Shown here in pieces: positions 35,696 to 48,720 of a stretch of DNA of 64,000 nucleotides. A program made the position numbers and the translations under genes. Under the pieces are notes generated by a model that ran no database searches, was not told the DNA's origin, and saw only the letters and a list, made by a program, of their open reading frames with translations. This stretch comes from Camelus dromedarius (taxonomy: Eukaryota), in the NCBI RefSeq assembly GCF_036321535.1, contig NC_087437.1:20028001-20092000 (forward strand), in the 5' to 3' direction. Position 1 is the stretch's first letter; each line of letters begins with the position of its first letter.

Positions 35696-35900
35696 AGGGC
35701 TTTGCAAACTTTTTTCAGTAAAGGGCTAGATAGTAAATATTTTTAGGCTTTGCAGGGCAAAGAGCAAAACTGAGCAACCATTTTCTTGAAAGCTTACAGT
35801 CATTTTCACATTTTTCATTTAAAAATATAGAAACCATTCTTAGCTTGCACGCTGCACAAAAGTGGGCACAGTGCTGAGCTTGGCCTGAGGGGCCACCCCC
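35696..35900 (+). mobile_element. hAT-Charlie MITE (MER58-like) within MIR-like sequence
   Basis: gcaaacttttttcagtaaagggctagatagtaaatatttttaggctttgcaggg...aaaccattcttagc. Confidence 0.7.
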
Positions 35901-36134
35901 AACATATAGTGTTATGACTAGTCACTAGATGGCGAAACTGAGGCCCAGAGAAGCGATGTGACTCTATGTGAATCATCTTTCCCTGAGCGTAGAGGATAGT
36001 ATGTCGGGCTCTCAAGTTGAATAATGATGGCTCCATCTAATGGTCATTCATTCATTCATCCATTACCAACAATTTACTAAGCATATATTCTGTGCTAGCC
36101 TCATGCTCGAGGGTGGGATAATGTAAAGAATAGT

Positions 36135-36390
36135 CATTAAAGTTCTGGCTTTTATTTAGACAGGTCTGCACACAGTTCCTGGCCCTGCCTCATCCATGCC
36201 ATGTGACCTTGGGATCCACTTAACATCTCGGAGCCTCAGTTTTCTCATCTTTAAAATGGGCACAGAGTGGTTCACCTGTAAAATACATATATTAGCTAAC
36301 TGGATTGTTGTAAATAGTTAAGGAAATCATCTATGTAAATGTCTTTAGCACAATGCCTGGAATATGGTGCCCAGTAAATGAAAGCTAACA
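36135..36390 (+). mobile_element. MIR SINE
   Basis: tgtgaccttgggatccacttaacatctcggagcctcagttttctcatctttaaaatggg...ttagcacaatgcctgg. Confidence 0.85.
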
Positions 36391-38784
36391 ATAACAGTAA
36401 TGATAAAAATACCTGTAATTTACATTGGCCTATGAACCCTCAAGGATCTTGTCATCTAAAGAAAGATACAAGCTTAGAAACGCATAGCTGTAGTGCACTG
36501 GAGTAAGAAATGCTGAGGACATGGAGGGGCTGCAGAGAGGTCAGCAGGGAGAAGCTGCTTGTGCTGTATCTGGTGGGGTGAGGAGGCTTTGTGCCAGGGT
36601 CAGACTGTGCTGAAGGAGCAGGAAGCACTCAGAAATCAAGAAGCTCTGGCTGGACACCTGCCTACCTCCCACTGGGGAGGCCACAGTCAACCTCCAGTTT
36701 CCCTGGATGGGGAGGACAAAGCCCAGGGAGGGAAAATCGCTCGTCCAGGATCACACAAGGAGACCCATTCAGCTCTTGATTCATTCATTCAGGAAACCTT
36801 TATTGGACTGGCCAAGGGCAATGTACTTCCTGACAACGTCCATTGTCTGTTGGGACAACAGCGGGGTGGCCATGGGGTGATCCAGACTATAAGGTGTGAC
36901 CCAAAGAGCTGCAGTTGGAGTGAAGGGGCAGGAGGGCAAACACCCAGCTGGTCAGCATGAGGAGAGGCAGGGCATCAGAGCCAGGCTGGGGGGACAAAGA
37001 GATTTGAAGAGGTGAGGGAGGCACTTCCAGCCTAAACACAAGTTGGGCTGGGGATGTGAGACCTGGCCATGAGCTGGACAGAAATATCTGCAGTCCCTTT
37101 ATAATAAAGAGACTCTGAAGTGCCCCACCATGGACACATGGTAAACACCCAGTTCAAGGTTGGCCTCCAACCTTCCCCCTCCTCCTTGGCCTCAGCACCT
37201 CACGACTGCCCAGACTCTCCAGAGGCTGAGGTACCCACTTTTTCCCCTCCACTCAGTCTAACACTGCAGGTCCCTAATAGCCAGTGTCAAATGCTTCCTC
37301 CTGCAGGAAGCCCTCCTAAATTACTCCAGGACAAAGTTTCCAATAACTGTAGTACATGGCTTCATCGAGTGGGAACAGGCCCTATCTTGGCAGCCACATC
37401 ATTGGAAGGGGCTGTGTCTCTGGACAGCCACCTGCTCCCCAAATCCTGACTTGAGTAATGACATAGGCACCCCCTCTTCCTTAACCAAACCTACAGGAGT
37501 CCTTAATCAAAACATTTGTTTGAAGGATTCGTTTATAATGAAACTACATTATACAGTAAATTCTACTCTGTTTACTAAACCACTATTGTAATCATAGCAG
37601 GCATGTATGTAGGTAACTGCATACTAATTCACAGAAAGCATTCACCTTTAAGTCCACCTGTCATGTTGGACTTGTATTACCTACTATTCTTGCTCATCAG
37701 AGAAGTGATGAGACCCTGAGCCAGGTATAGGGAGGTGTGTGCAAACAGGCCCTGTCTAGATCCCCTTCCTTGTCTTCTCTCACTGTGCCTTTGTGTCAGC
37801 CTTAGAGCTTTGTCTGGGCCCCACGCCGCCCTACATCCCACCTCGCTGTGTCATGAAGGACGCTGCTTGTATGAGGACTGGAATGTGGCTTGCAGAGAAG
37901 TCTGTCTCTGTCGACCGTTGCCATGTTCCTTCACACTGGCAATTTCCCTCTAATTTGGTCTACACGGACATTTGCGATTCTAGAACTTGGTAGGAATTAT
38001 GCAAACTTGCATGCTGGAGTTGTCAGGGAAAGTTTTCTGTCTCCTCTTCTGTGATGATAATGATTCTGTTCGTGGTTGGAAGCATGCTACATGGGATGAC
38101 GGTATTGTGTACAGCCTTGCCTTTTGATAGGACTTCCAAATTGCGAACAACTTGCAAGTGTTTCCTCTTGTTGCTCAGAAAACTACAGTTTTGGCTTCCT
38201 CACTGGGAGCTACTGCCCAGAAAACAGCCCCCTCCCGCCACCCCTCCATCCCTCCCCAGCTCTGTAGGATTTGCTGATTCTCTCTGGGGAGAGGGCCCCC
38301 AAATCAACAGTTTAGTAAATACATCAAGGTATCTTTATGCATCATATATAGAAACATAGACCTTGACACAGGGCTGCGCCAAGATTAGGCTCTCGGTGAA
38401 ATATTGCGGTTGAGAGTTTTATGGGCCTTACTGGATCTTTGGTGTTGATTCAGACCCAGATCCCTACAAGGGCTCTCTCGCCTGCCTCCCTTTCTTCCTT
38501 CCTTTAGCATTTACTAGATTTTTTTCTGAGTACCAAGAACACAGGAATGAAAATCCCCCAGTTCTGCCTTGCAGAGAGGGCATTGGGAAGTACAGACTAG
38601 GAAATCTATGAATGCAGTATTAGGTAATCGATGTGATTGTAGAGGCCAGCCGCGGCTCGCCTGCGGCGTGGGGGCCCTGAAGTGGCTTTTCCAGAGCAGC
38701 TGTGTTGGAAATGGGTCTGCAGGATGAGTAGGAGCTGAGCAGGCCCATGCAGAGCAGAGGGGGATTCATGGACAGGGGCCCTCA

Positions 38785-39785
38785 TGCTCTTTGACCCTGG
38801 GACCTCTTTATACTCTTTAAAATTATCAAGGACCCCAAGAACTTACTCATGCAGGTTCTGTAATAGGTCTACTGCATTTACAGATAGGCGCTACTTTAAG
38901 GCACTGACTTATATCTGAACTGGACTTTTAAGAATAAGTAGTAGTTCCCAAGATAGAAAAGAGGAAAACAAAAAGTTTTAAAATGAATAATGCAGTATTG
39001 CTTTAAAAAAAACGGGATGGGGAATATGTTGGAAAAAAGGCAAAAAAATGAAAGATAGTTGAAAAGTTATGAAGGTATGATGTAAATAAACTCTACATAT
39101 GTTTTGTGTATTAGAAAAAAATTAAAAAACACTTGACTCACATATTTTAGAATTATTTATTAATTCAACAATAATCAACCTATTATGTGTTAACATAAAT
39201 AACATCTTTTCTTTTTTTTTTTAATAATAAGATCTTTTCTAACAACAACTGCATTGTCTAAAACAAAGTGAATCCTGCGGGAAGAGTGACACTGCCTTAC
39301 ATTATGGCGAATCTCTTTAAGATCCAGCTTAATAGAAGACAGCAGCATTCTCATCGCTGCTTTTTCATTCGATGTGTTATGATTTTATACCTTCTGTGGC
39401 TTTTGTAAAATTCCACTGCATACTCATGAGTTAATAAAAGTGAAAAAGATAAAAATATCTTTATGAAATCATGAAACTAGTTTTGACTGCTGTATGTAAA
39501 AAGTATATAAAATAGATACACAACAAGGGCCCACTGTACAGCACAGGAAACTAATCCAGTATCTTGTAGTAACCTATAATTTGTGTGTGTATATACATAT
39601 ACATATATATGTGTAAATGAATCCCCATGCTGTACACCTGAAACTAACACAGCATTGTAAATCAACTATACTTCAATTCTAAAAAAAGAGGAAAAAAAAA
39701 AAGACAGCAGTTTTGAGTTCATGGGTTCTTCCTCTAAAGGGTCACAGGGAACCCCAGGCATCCCTGGATAGTACTTTGAGAATTT
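38785..39785 (-). mobile_element. hAT-Charlie1-like DNA transposon fossil with later insertions
   Basis: gacctctttatactctttaaaattatcaaggaccccaag at the left end, aaaattccactgcatactcatgag...atgaaactagttttga internally, and agggtcacagggaaccccaggcatccctggatagtactttgagaa at the right end. Confidence 0.7.
39488..39702 (+). mobile_element. 5'-truncated LINE-1 3' end nested in Charlie1-like element
   Basis: tataaaatagatacaacaagggcccactgtacagcacagg...gctgtacacctgaaactaacacagcattgtaaatcaactatacttcaatt plus an A-tail. AGTTTTGA is repeated on both sides. Confidence 0.88.
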
Positions 39786-41293
39786 CTGTTTTGGAGACAA
39801 GAAGCTCAAGGATGTATGATGGGCTAACTTGCTAGGCACTGGGCTTTCGCTGTGCAGGCAGGGGACCAAGTGCTTTTCCTGGAGGTGACCTTCGCCCCCT
39901 GCCCAGTAGGGCAAATGGGAAATGCCCAGGAGCCACCCTAGCACAGAGGTAGAATTTCCTCCAACTCTTACAGTAATTGTTTGGAGAAGAGCCTTTGCTA
40001 TTGGCCTGCTCAGAGCGCAAAAGAGGCCTGTTCTTAAAGCAAATATATTTGTAACAAGGCAGTCCTATGTGTGGACTGGCCTTTGTTTTTCATCCGTAAC
40101 AGAGTTTCGATGCTGTTATATAGAACAAAATTTACATTTATTTGATTAAAAAGCCACTAGGCCCACATCTTAATGTTTGGAACATTGTGATCATTTGAGG
40201 CTTGGGTGGCTTTTGCTAGTTTTGTTGTTGGCTTTTTTCCCCCACCTCCAAAAGAGAGAGAGGGGAAAAAAAGGAAAGAAAGAATCCCATACTGAGAGCC
40301 ATGACTCTGTTATTGCAAGGCTGGGTGAGCTGTCAGAAGGCCCCTGACGCTGGAGACCACTTGTTAGCTGTGCTGACATCCAGGGGCCATATTTATAAGC
40401 TACATAATTGAATAAAGATGGGTTCAGAGGTGGAAAAAAGGATGCCAGAGAAAACAGTGAATAACAGTATTCCTTTGGCTCCCTTGGGATTGGGCTTGTT
40501 TTCTGCTTCCTTGCTATTAATGAAAAGAAATCCAATTTGTTCTACATGGTGAGATTTGTAATTTAGATGCTTATTAATTCTGGGTTCGCATAGGAGCTCT
40601 TTGAAAAATATGGTCTTCAAAGTGTTTACCCTCAAAGGCCAGCAAACCTTCCCTGAAAACAAGCCAGAGACATGTGGCCACAATGTTTTCTGTGTTTAAC
40701 ACAAGCTTACTGAGCACCTGCCACGTGAAAAACCTGATCTAGATGTTGGGGTGATCAGAGGTAGAAAGTGTGCCCCCACTGTGCCCCCCCATCCAGCTGG
40801 GGGGCCAGGCAGGTGTGTAGAGCAGACTAGGGAGTGTTCCCTTATGGGAGGCCGGGTGGTGGTGGAAGGGGGTGGAAATGGGGGCTTGTGCGGGGGATGG
40901 TGTGGGCACAGTGTGGAGCCAGGTGGGCTAGGTTTCAAATGAGGATGCTAGCATTCTGGTGTGAGCCAAGTGAGTGCCTGCCTTAGTGAGGCTGTCAGTC
41001 CCACAGATGGTGCAGGACTGTGATTCCTCAGCCATTGCTGAGTCCCTGAGCTGTGGCCAGCCCTGCAATGCACACAGCAGGGGAGGCAAGAGCAAGGTGA
41101 GGGTCTCCGCCCTTGAAGAGTATGCCACCTTGCTGGGGATGCAAGTGAGCACAGGGGCAATGATGACAGGAAAATCAGAGGCATTCTTGGACAGATTAAG
41201 GCCTCAGGGAGGCAGTTTAGGATCTAAATGTTCACAAAAGGAAACAAGAGTGTGAACATCTGAGTTCAGCTATTCATTCAGCAGATATTTCTT

Positions 41294-41765
41294 TTTTTTC
41301 TCTAAAAAAGATTTTTCTTCTTTTTAATTTTGCTTTTTATTGAAGTGCAGTTGATTTACAGTGTTAGTTTCAGTTGTACAGCAAAGTGATTCAGTTATAC
41401 ATATACATACATAAATTTTTTTCAGAATCTTTTCCATTATATGTTATTACAAGAAATTGAATATAGTTCTTTGTGCTATGTAGTAGGTCCTTGCTGCTTA
41501 TCTATTTTATATATCATAATGTGTATCTGTTAATCCCAAACTCCTAATTTATCCCTCCCCTTTGGTAACCATAGTTTGTTTTCTATGTCTGTGAGTCTGT
41601 TTTTGGTTTGTAAAAAGATTTGTATCATTTTTTTGGATTCCATGTATAAGTGATATCATGTATTTGTCTTTGTGACTTACTTCACTTAATATGATAGTCT
41701 CTAGGTCCATCCATGTTGCTGCAACTGGCATTATTTCATTCCTTTTTATGGCTGAGTAATATTCC

Positions 41766-41826
<61 letters not shown>

Positions 41827-41871
41827 ACACCACATCTTCTTTATCCAGCCATCTGTTGATGGACATTTAGG
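41294..41871 (-). mobile_element. 5'-truncated LINE-1 3' end with 17-bp TSD and internal (TG)n
   Basis: TTCAGCAGATATTTCTT at 41277-41293 and 41872-41888, with the right copy followed by AA. It encodes the ORF2 tail MEYYSAIKRNEIMPVAATWMDLETIILSEVS. Confidence 0.93.
41768..41826. repeat. (TG)n(CG)n(TG)n compound microsatellite
   Basis: Seen directly; it occupies the position of the 'gtataaatat' segment in the sister L1 copies. Confidence 0.95.
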
Positions 41872-44800
41872 TTCAGCAGATATTTCTTAAGTGCATTTTT
41901 GGTGCCAAGTACACCATTAGGCTTGGGGAACCAGAGATCAGCTGTGCTCCCTCATATGCAGAGTCTGGCATCTTCTTCTCCCATGTGCCTGGTAAGACAC
42001 TGAGTACATGGTAGATGCTCAATTATTTCACTGACTTGAATCCAAAAGAAAGCTCCGGTCTTAGCTCTGCTGTCACCCAGCCTTGCCATTTTTGACAAGT
42101 CATTTAGCACCTTTGGACAATTTTTCACTTATGAAAGAGGGATAATCTCTAAATAATCTTCCAGGATTTTTTCTAAGTGTAATTATAATAACATCCTCCC
42201 ACCACAGAGCTTTCTACAAAACACATTTACTTCCAAATTTTAAAATTTCAGTTGAAAGTCAATTGGGGCAGACAAAGTAGGTCTCTGGAGATGTCTGCAA
42301 ACGCTGTCAGAGCAAACATGAGCCTAAAGAGGCCGCTCAGGCTCCCAGCCTGGCCCTTGACCATTGCAACCTGGCTTCAGGACCCAAGATGTTTCAAAGG
42401 AGGCAGCACCACTCCTGTGTCCTAGGAGGTGTCAACCCCTCTGGCTGCACAGGTGAGAAGACCAGCCACAGCCAAGAACCCTGCTCTGGTCTTACATGGG
42501 GTCACCTTCCCAGGGAGGACTTGTGGACTTGGCACTGTAAGAACCCAGAATCTTGGGGAAAATGAAGTCCACAGCAGTACATGCCTCTTTTTCTCTTCGA
42601 TTTTAAGTGAGTTACTTCTTTCTCTGAGGCTCCTTTTCTTTATCTTTGAAATGGTGATCTGAAACCCTACTCATTAGGGGAATTGTATGGATAAAAAGGC
42701 CGACATATGTAATACTCAGAAAAGGATATGTGTGAGTGAGGGGATTACCGCAGAACTTGACAGTGGGAAGATTAAATAACTCCAGACTGTAACTGCATGA
42801 AACTTCATTGCTTTGAATCTTCTGCTAACCGTGGCTAACCTCAAAGCCCTTCATGTTTCTTTCTTCATCCTGGATCATCTTCCAAAATGCTGGGTCCAGT
42901 TTCAAATGGAGTCCTTTGCTGATGGTGGGGCTCTGACCTGAGCCCCTGTTAGAAGTTTGGACGCAGCTTCTGGCTCTCTGGGGCTGGGATGGATGGAGAC
43001 GGAGGAGGCCTCTAACCTTCTTGAGCCAGCGCAGGGGGAGGAGTGTGTTATGGAAAGAAAGCCACCTTTGCATACAGGCAGATCTGAGTCCCCACCCCAA
43101 CCCTACGACTTCGTAGGTGTGTCATCTATGTAGGTGGACAAGAGGCTCAACTTCTCTGCCTCCTTCCGTAAGAAAAGCTGACAATGTTCTTTCTGTGCCT
43201 ATTGTTATAAATCCAAAGAAAAATTATCTGTATCAAGTGCCTAATACCCTGCATGTCATGTAGGTAGTAAGCTATGAATAATAGCTCTCCACTTCTCCCT
43301 GGAAGACAGAATCAGGTGAGCTGTCAGGCACACACACATACATGCATGCACACACACAAACACACACACACACATGGTGAGATGCCCCCTTCCTTCCCAC
43401 TTCCGGTACTGATCACCAGGAAGCCTCTGCTCTGTGCTGAGGACCTTGTAAATGGGTTCAACCTGTCACTGCACAAGACAGGGTCAGAGGGGCTTTATTT
43501 GTATAGTAATAGCCTGATACACTCATATCTAATAGGAATTCAATTAGAAATCACATCTCTTAATACTTCCAGAAACCTGAACCAGGTCCCTTTAAACTCT
43601 ATCTTCCTTAGAGAATATCTGCTAAAATCCTTTGCTCACTGTGTTTGCAAGTGTGGTGGGGTGAAGGCATTTCAGGGCTCTTGGAAAGGAAAGTAGACTC
43701 TTCCTCTAGTTCGCTTTATATCACCCCTGGGTGGGCCAGATACCCTAGGATGAGAAGGGACGGGGATCACGGTCAGGAGCAGGGTCATGGTGCAACAGTG
43801 AGCGGGCCCTTGGGAAGTGCCCCAGGAGGAGCCAGAGGAGGCTTTGGTGAACCAGCCCCGCCGTTCCAGGTGCCACGTCCTCATCAGCCAGTGCAGGGCG
43901 ACATGCTTGCAGGGCCAAAGAAGAATACTGGAGGCCCCAAATCAAGCCTGTGCAGCCATGGAAACCCAGATTCTTGGAAAATATTTTAGGAGAATGAAAT
44001 ACTTCCAATATTTTGTTAAGTTAAAAAAAGCAAGCCAGGGGATTGTATGTACAGTCTGATCATGGATTATTTTTTTTGGTTTTTGTTTTTTAAAAGCCTG
44101 GCAGGATAGACACCAAAAACTGATGGATGACCTTTTAGATTTTTCTTTATTCTTCTCTGTACTTCCAAAGATTTTTGCAGTGAGCATATGTTACTTCCAC
44201 AATCAGTGAGGGAATGGTGTTTTGAAGTGTCCATCTCTCTGCTTTGACTAAGAATGGATGACATCGACAGCAGTCGTACCCACCGCCGGCAGCTGCTGGT
44301 GCTGCCCCTTCCCCACCACAGCAAGTTCTCCTCCTTCCTACGCAAATCCAGATCCTAGTCATCTTTCAAGACCCAGTCTCCCCGCCATTGCCCTTGCTGA
44401 ACACTCTCACAGCACGCGTTCTGTGCACCGCCTTGGTTTCATGGGACTCCCATCGTGGTAGTGATGAACACAGAGCACCCGGGACACCCCTGGACCCACA
44501 GCCGGCGCTCAGCAATTGTCTGAATCAATGACCCACACACTGTGGAGAATTGCTCCTGTTCTAATTGTTTCTCTTTTTACAAACACTCACCATGACCTCC
44601 CCCATTAGAAGATAGAGTTCTTCTCCACAGCCTCACACCTCTAAGAGGACAGCAGCACGTTCAGGGAAGAGAGCCACAGGGTTTACTGCCCACGGCTCAT
44701 CACCACGGCTCCTGATTCCACATCTCAGTGGTCTCCGGCAAATTGCTGAAACTATGAGTCTCCATTTCCACCTCTGTCAAATGGACACAAACAGCAGAAT

Positions 44801-46982
44801 GTGCTTTGCAGGACTGGAGGGTGAGAGGAGACGAGTGTGTGGAGAACAATGCCTGCCCTGCACATTTGTGGCCCCCTCCCCATCTGTGCGCTACTCTTGC
44901 TCTGCTTCAGGGGCTGGGTTTTCTCGGGTCACTCTGCCTGTTCCAGACTCCCAGTCCTATTTTCCAGCAAATGTATGTCTCAGTCGCTGAAGTGGTTTTC
45001 TACTTACTCAGGGCACTTTGTTTCGCCCCCATCAGATTTCTGGTGTTCTGGGATCCATTTTTATTTTTTATTTTTTGTTGTTGTTAATTTACTTTTTCAT
45101 TTCTGTTATTTCTACACCAGCAACACTAAATCACTCAGAATCCTTCAGCCTGGGGACACCTCCCCAGTCCTCTCCAACGAGCCAATCGTGACCCAGCCCG
45201 CAGGATGCAGCACTGCCCCTCCTCCTGCCTTACTTGCTCTTCCTCTTGGGGACACCTGCCCCCTGTGTTTCCCTGACCCTTTGGCAGGGCATAGACTGTG
45301 CCTCTGACAACCCCACGTCCATGCCTTACTTCCCCCATGCTGTACAAAGAGAAAAATTGTCTTTAAATAGTCCCCTCAGGATCTGGCATATGGTGTGGGG
45401 TATACAGTGAGTGCTCAGTCGTGCTGAGTCACATCCATGGGACCACGCCTGATTCCGGGCCAGGCACGGGGTGAGTGCCTGTTAAATGTTTGTTGACTGA
45501 ATGCTTGTTTTTTAAAATCAGTTCATTGTGTCTTGTTTCTTCATCCTTCCCAACATCCCCTCTGTCTCACTGAGATCAACTTCCCTAAAATGGCCAGACC
45601 CTAGTTTGTGCATTTTGTTCGTGGGAGCAGAGGGGTCTCAGCCATTTCTACTTTTTGAAGCTTCTGGTATATTGAAAAATAGAGCAATGCCAAGCCAATT
45701 AGAAACACCATGGTGCATTTAAACGTTTACATTGAACAGTTAGAGTCATATGGTGAAGGCTTGCTTTGAAGTCTGTTGGATTCCTTTAACACCGTCTGCA
45801 GGTAGAACTATGCAGACCAAACACCAAGCCTCAACAGGAGGCTGTTCTTAAAGGTGAGGAGTGGACCAAAGGACCCCCATGATAGACACCCCCCCACATT
45901 TACTGAACTTTGAGCCTGTCAACTCCATCTTGGGCCTTTTGGAAAAATATGCCGGGGGTGGCCATTCACATGGAGTCAGCTTTTGGCATCAGTGGAAGGC
46001 TACAGACCCCTCAGTTCTGGAACACTGACAGCACCAATATCAAGTCAGGAACCAGATCAGACAGAACTGGAGAAGGAGCACGGGCTCGAGACAGAGGGCC
46101 TCAGGGGCCCAGGCAAGTCACTTACCACCACATCGGTCAGGATCACCCATTCAGAGAGCGCTGCCCGACACTAAGAAAGGAAAAGTGGGTGAAGGATGCC
46201 TGCACAGGGCCAGCACGTCATAGCTTCGCCATAAATGAGCCCGATGGGTATAAATCCTCCGCTATCCCTCCAGGAACGCACGCTGCATTCTGATAATTAA
46301 ATGTGGTGGTGTTGGAGGAGCCTGCATCTCCTCTGGGAGAGCCTACCTAGTGAATTCCAGCAAGCACATTTTTGCAGTGAACGAACGCGATCCCACATCA
46401 TTGTGTGAGGTGTTAACATCGGATGAGTTGGCCTTTCCCAAGGGACCTGGCGAATTTTTCAAAACCGCCCTGCTCATTTCTCCACCAGCTGGAGTGCCGC
46501 ATGTTCCGTGTTGACAGAAACTCCTCATCACACGGCACCAAATTATTAAACAGCGTTTAACATTTCAGAAGCACGATCCTCACTCCAGTTTTATGTTGAG
46601 CCACCTAGTCTTCTCAGAAAATCAGCATTCATGTCAGATCCCCAGTCTCCCTCTCCCATCACTCTGGTTCCCTAAGTACCACCCCCATGCAGATCTAAGG
46701 GTAAATTCTCCACAGAAAAGAAGTTCCTAACTAGATTGGCCCCAAGCATAAGCAGATTAGATGGTTTGCATCCTGATTTACCTTTGACTGGCTGTGTGAT
46801 CTTTGAGCCATGGTTACATTGGTTATTCATTCATGTCTATTCAACAAATATGAATTGAGCACATGCTATGTGCTTGGCTCTATTTTAAGCACCAGGGATA
46901 CAGCCTGGTCCCTGCTCTCCTTGAACTTAGAGTCGGGTAAAAGAGTCAGACACCAAGCCCATGCTTAAGCAACTTATTATTT

Positions 46983-47175
46983 GTTTGTTTGTTTTTACTG
47001 AAGTATAGTGTGTTTGCAATGTCGTGTTAGTTTCTGGTGTACAGCACAGTGATTTCGTTATACATGTGTATGTTCCTTTTCATATTCTTTTTCATTATAA
47101 GCTATTACAAGGTATTGGATATAGTCCCCTGTGCTATACAGTAGGACCTTGCTGTTTATCTATTTTATATATAGT
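46983..47175 (-). mobile_element. 5'-truncated LINE-1 3' end
   Basis: ctgaagtatagtgtgtttgcaatgtcgtgttagtttctggtgtacagc...; degenerate TSD AGCAACTTATTATTT and AGCAACTGATGATTT. Confidence 0.88.
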
Positions 47176-48479
47176 AGCAACTGATGATTTGAGTTGTAAT
47201 CTTGCCAAGTACCAGGTACTGGGAGCCTATAACCGAGGCTCCAAGGGTAGGCTTCTCTGAGAAAGGCCCATTTAGGCCCAAACTGAAACCTGAGTAGGAG
47301 GTGGGGGCAGGGCGGCAATGGACACATCTGTGAAGGGCCCAGGATGGCAAGATGCTCAGGACATATAGGTACCAGGAGGATGTCTGGTCCGCCTGCTTCT
47401 TCCACAGGAGGGTGGTCCCAAGTGGGGCTGGTGAGAGGCAGCACCAGGTTACACAAGCCTGGCAGGCCCTGAGCAGGACTGCCGTCTGCACTTGTGAACT
47501 GGCTTTGGGGCTGTTTCAGACAGCAGAAGACCCTGGATACTGGGTGTCTGAAGAGGGCAAGGAGGTGGGGTGGCCCAGAGGACCTTGGTGGGTGGAGTCG
47601 GGTGGGGCAGAGCTCTGAGGACTAGTCTTACCAGAGATGTCACAATACTGTGGAGGGCTGGTCCTCTCCTGAGCAGGGCCTAGCTGGTGGCAAGGTAGGC
47701 AGGCCAGAGGACGGATGCAAGGCCTGGGGATTCCAGCAGACCTGTCGGGCAGACTAGGGTCCCCCCATGATCAGTCAAGGGTTTCTGGTCACAGCTGCAG
47801 GAGCCAGGCAGCCACAGGAATCACCCACATGCCCTACCAGAAATTATCCCCTGGTGACGAAGTCCTTCCTTAGGCCCTTTTCTCCCTCCCCTTACTCTGG
47901 GGCCTCAGCATTCTGAATGTCTGCATAGTGCTTTGACACTTGGCCCTGTCCTGCCATTTTCTCAGGCCTGGGTTCTGCTCGCTTCCCCTCCCACCACGCA
48001 CATGCAAACAGACGTACCCAATTCTTCCAGGACAGAAGCCTGGGAGTTTGAGCAGGACTGAAGCTTCTGACTGTTGCTGTTTGTGGCACGGTCGTCCTGC
48101 GGGCCCCCTCTGCCCTGACCTCCCTCTCCCACCCCCAGGGAAGGTCTGGTCTGGGGGTTCTAACCTTCCATGTTCTCTTTCCCCCTCCTCCTCCTGCACC
48201 ACTTCCTCCTCCTTCTAACTTGGCCTTCCTCCCCTGACTGCTAGAGCTGCGGGAGCTCAGGCCTGAACATCTGTCCCCTGAACTGCTAGACAGGTCTCCC
48301 AGCTTTTCTCTTTGTCTCCCGCCTGGTCCCATCCCATTAAAAGCAGTGCTGCAGCCAGAGATACATTTATGAAACCCACATCTGGCCGTTCACTCTAAAG
48401 CCGTCAGCGAACTCTCGGGCTGGTACACAGGCCCTCGCTGGTCTGGCTGTTTGAATAAATAGAGGGTGAGTGAAATGTG

Positions 48480-48720
48480 CATTATAACAACAGTCAAGGT
48501 TTTTGAATCCTTACTACATTCTAGACAGGATCCTAAGGGTTTTATATGTAATAACTCGTACCAGCCCCGTGAGAACCCTATGAGGTAAGCGCTATTTTAA
48601 TCATTTGCATCCAGCTGATGAGGAAAGAGAGACACAGGGAGTTAAGGAACTTGCCCAAGACCCACAGCTAGTGAGCATGGGCCAGGATTTCTGCCCAGAC
48701 ACGGGGCCCAGATCCTGGGC
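48480..48720 (-). mobile_element. MIR SINE
   Basis: aaccctatgaggtaagc...gatgaggaaagagagacacagggagttaaggaacttgcccaagacccacagctagtgag. Confidence 0.85.

Noticed and set aside
35920..35936. CTCF-like motif TCACTAGATGGCGA
   Set aside because: It overlaps the MIR 'gatggggaaactgagg' motif at a repeat junction; a single partial match without support.
44255..44360. CpG-containing, exon-looking stretch (MDDIDSSRTHRRQLLVLPLP...)
   Set aside because: Short, with no recognisable homology and no convincing splice acceptor/donor pair.
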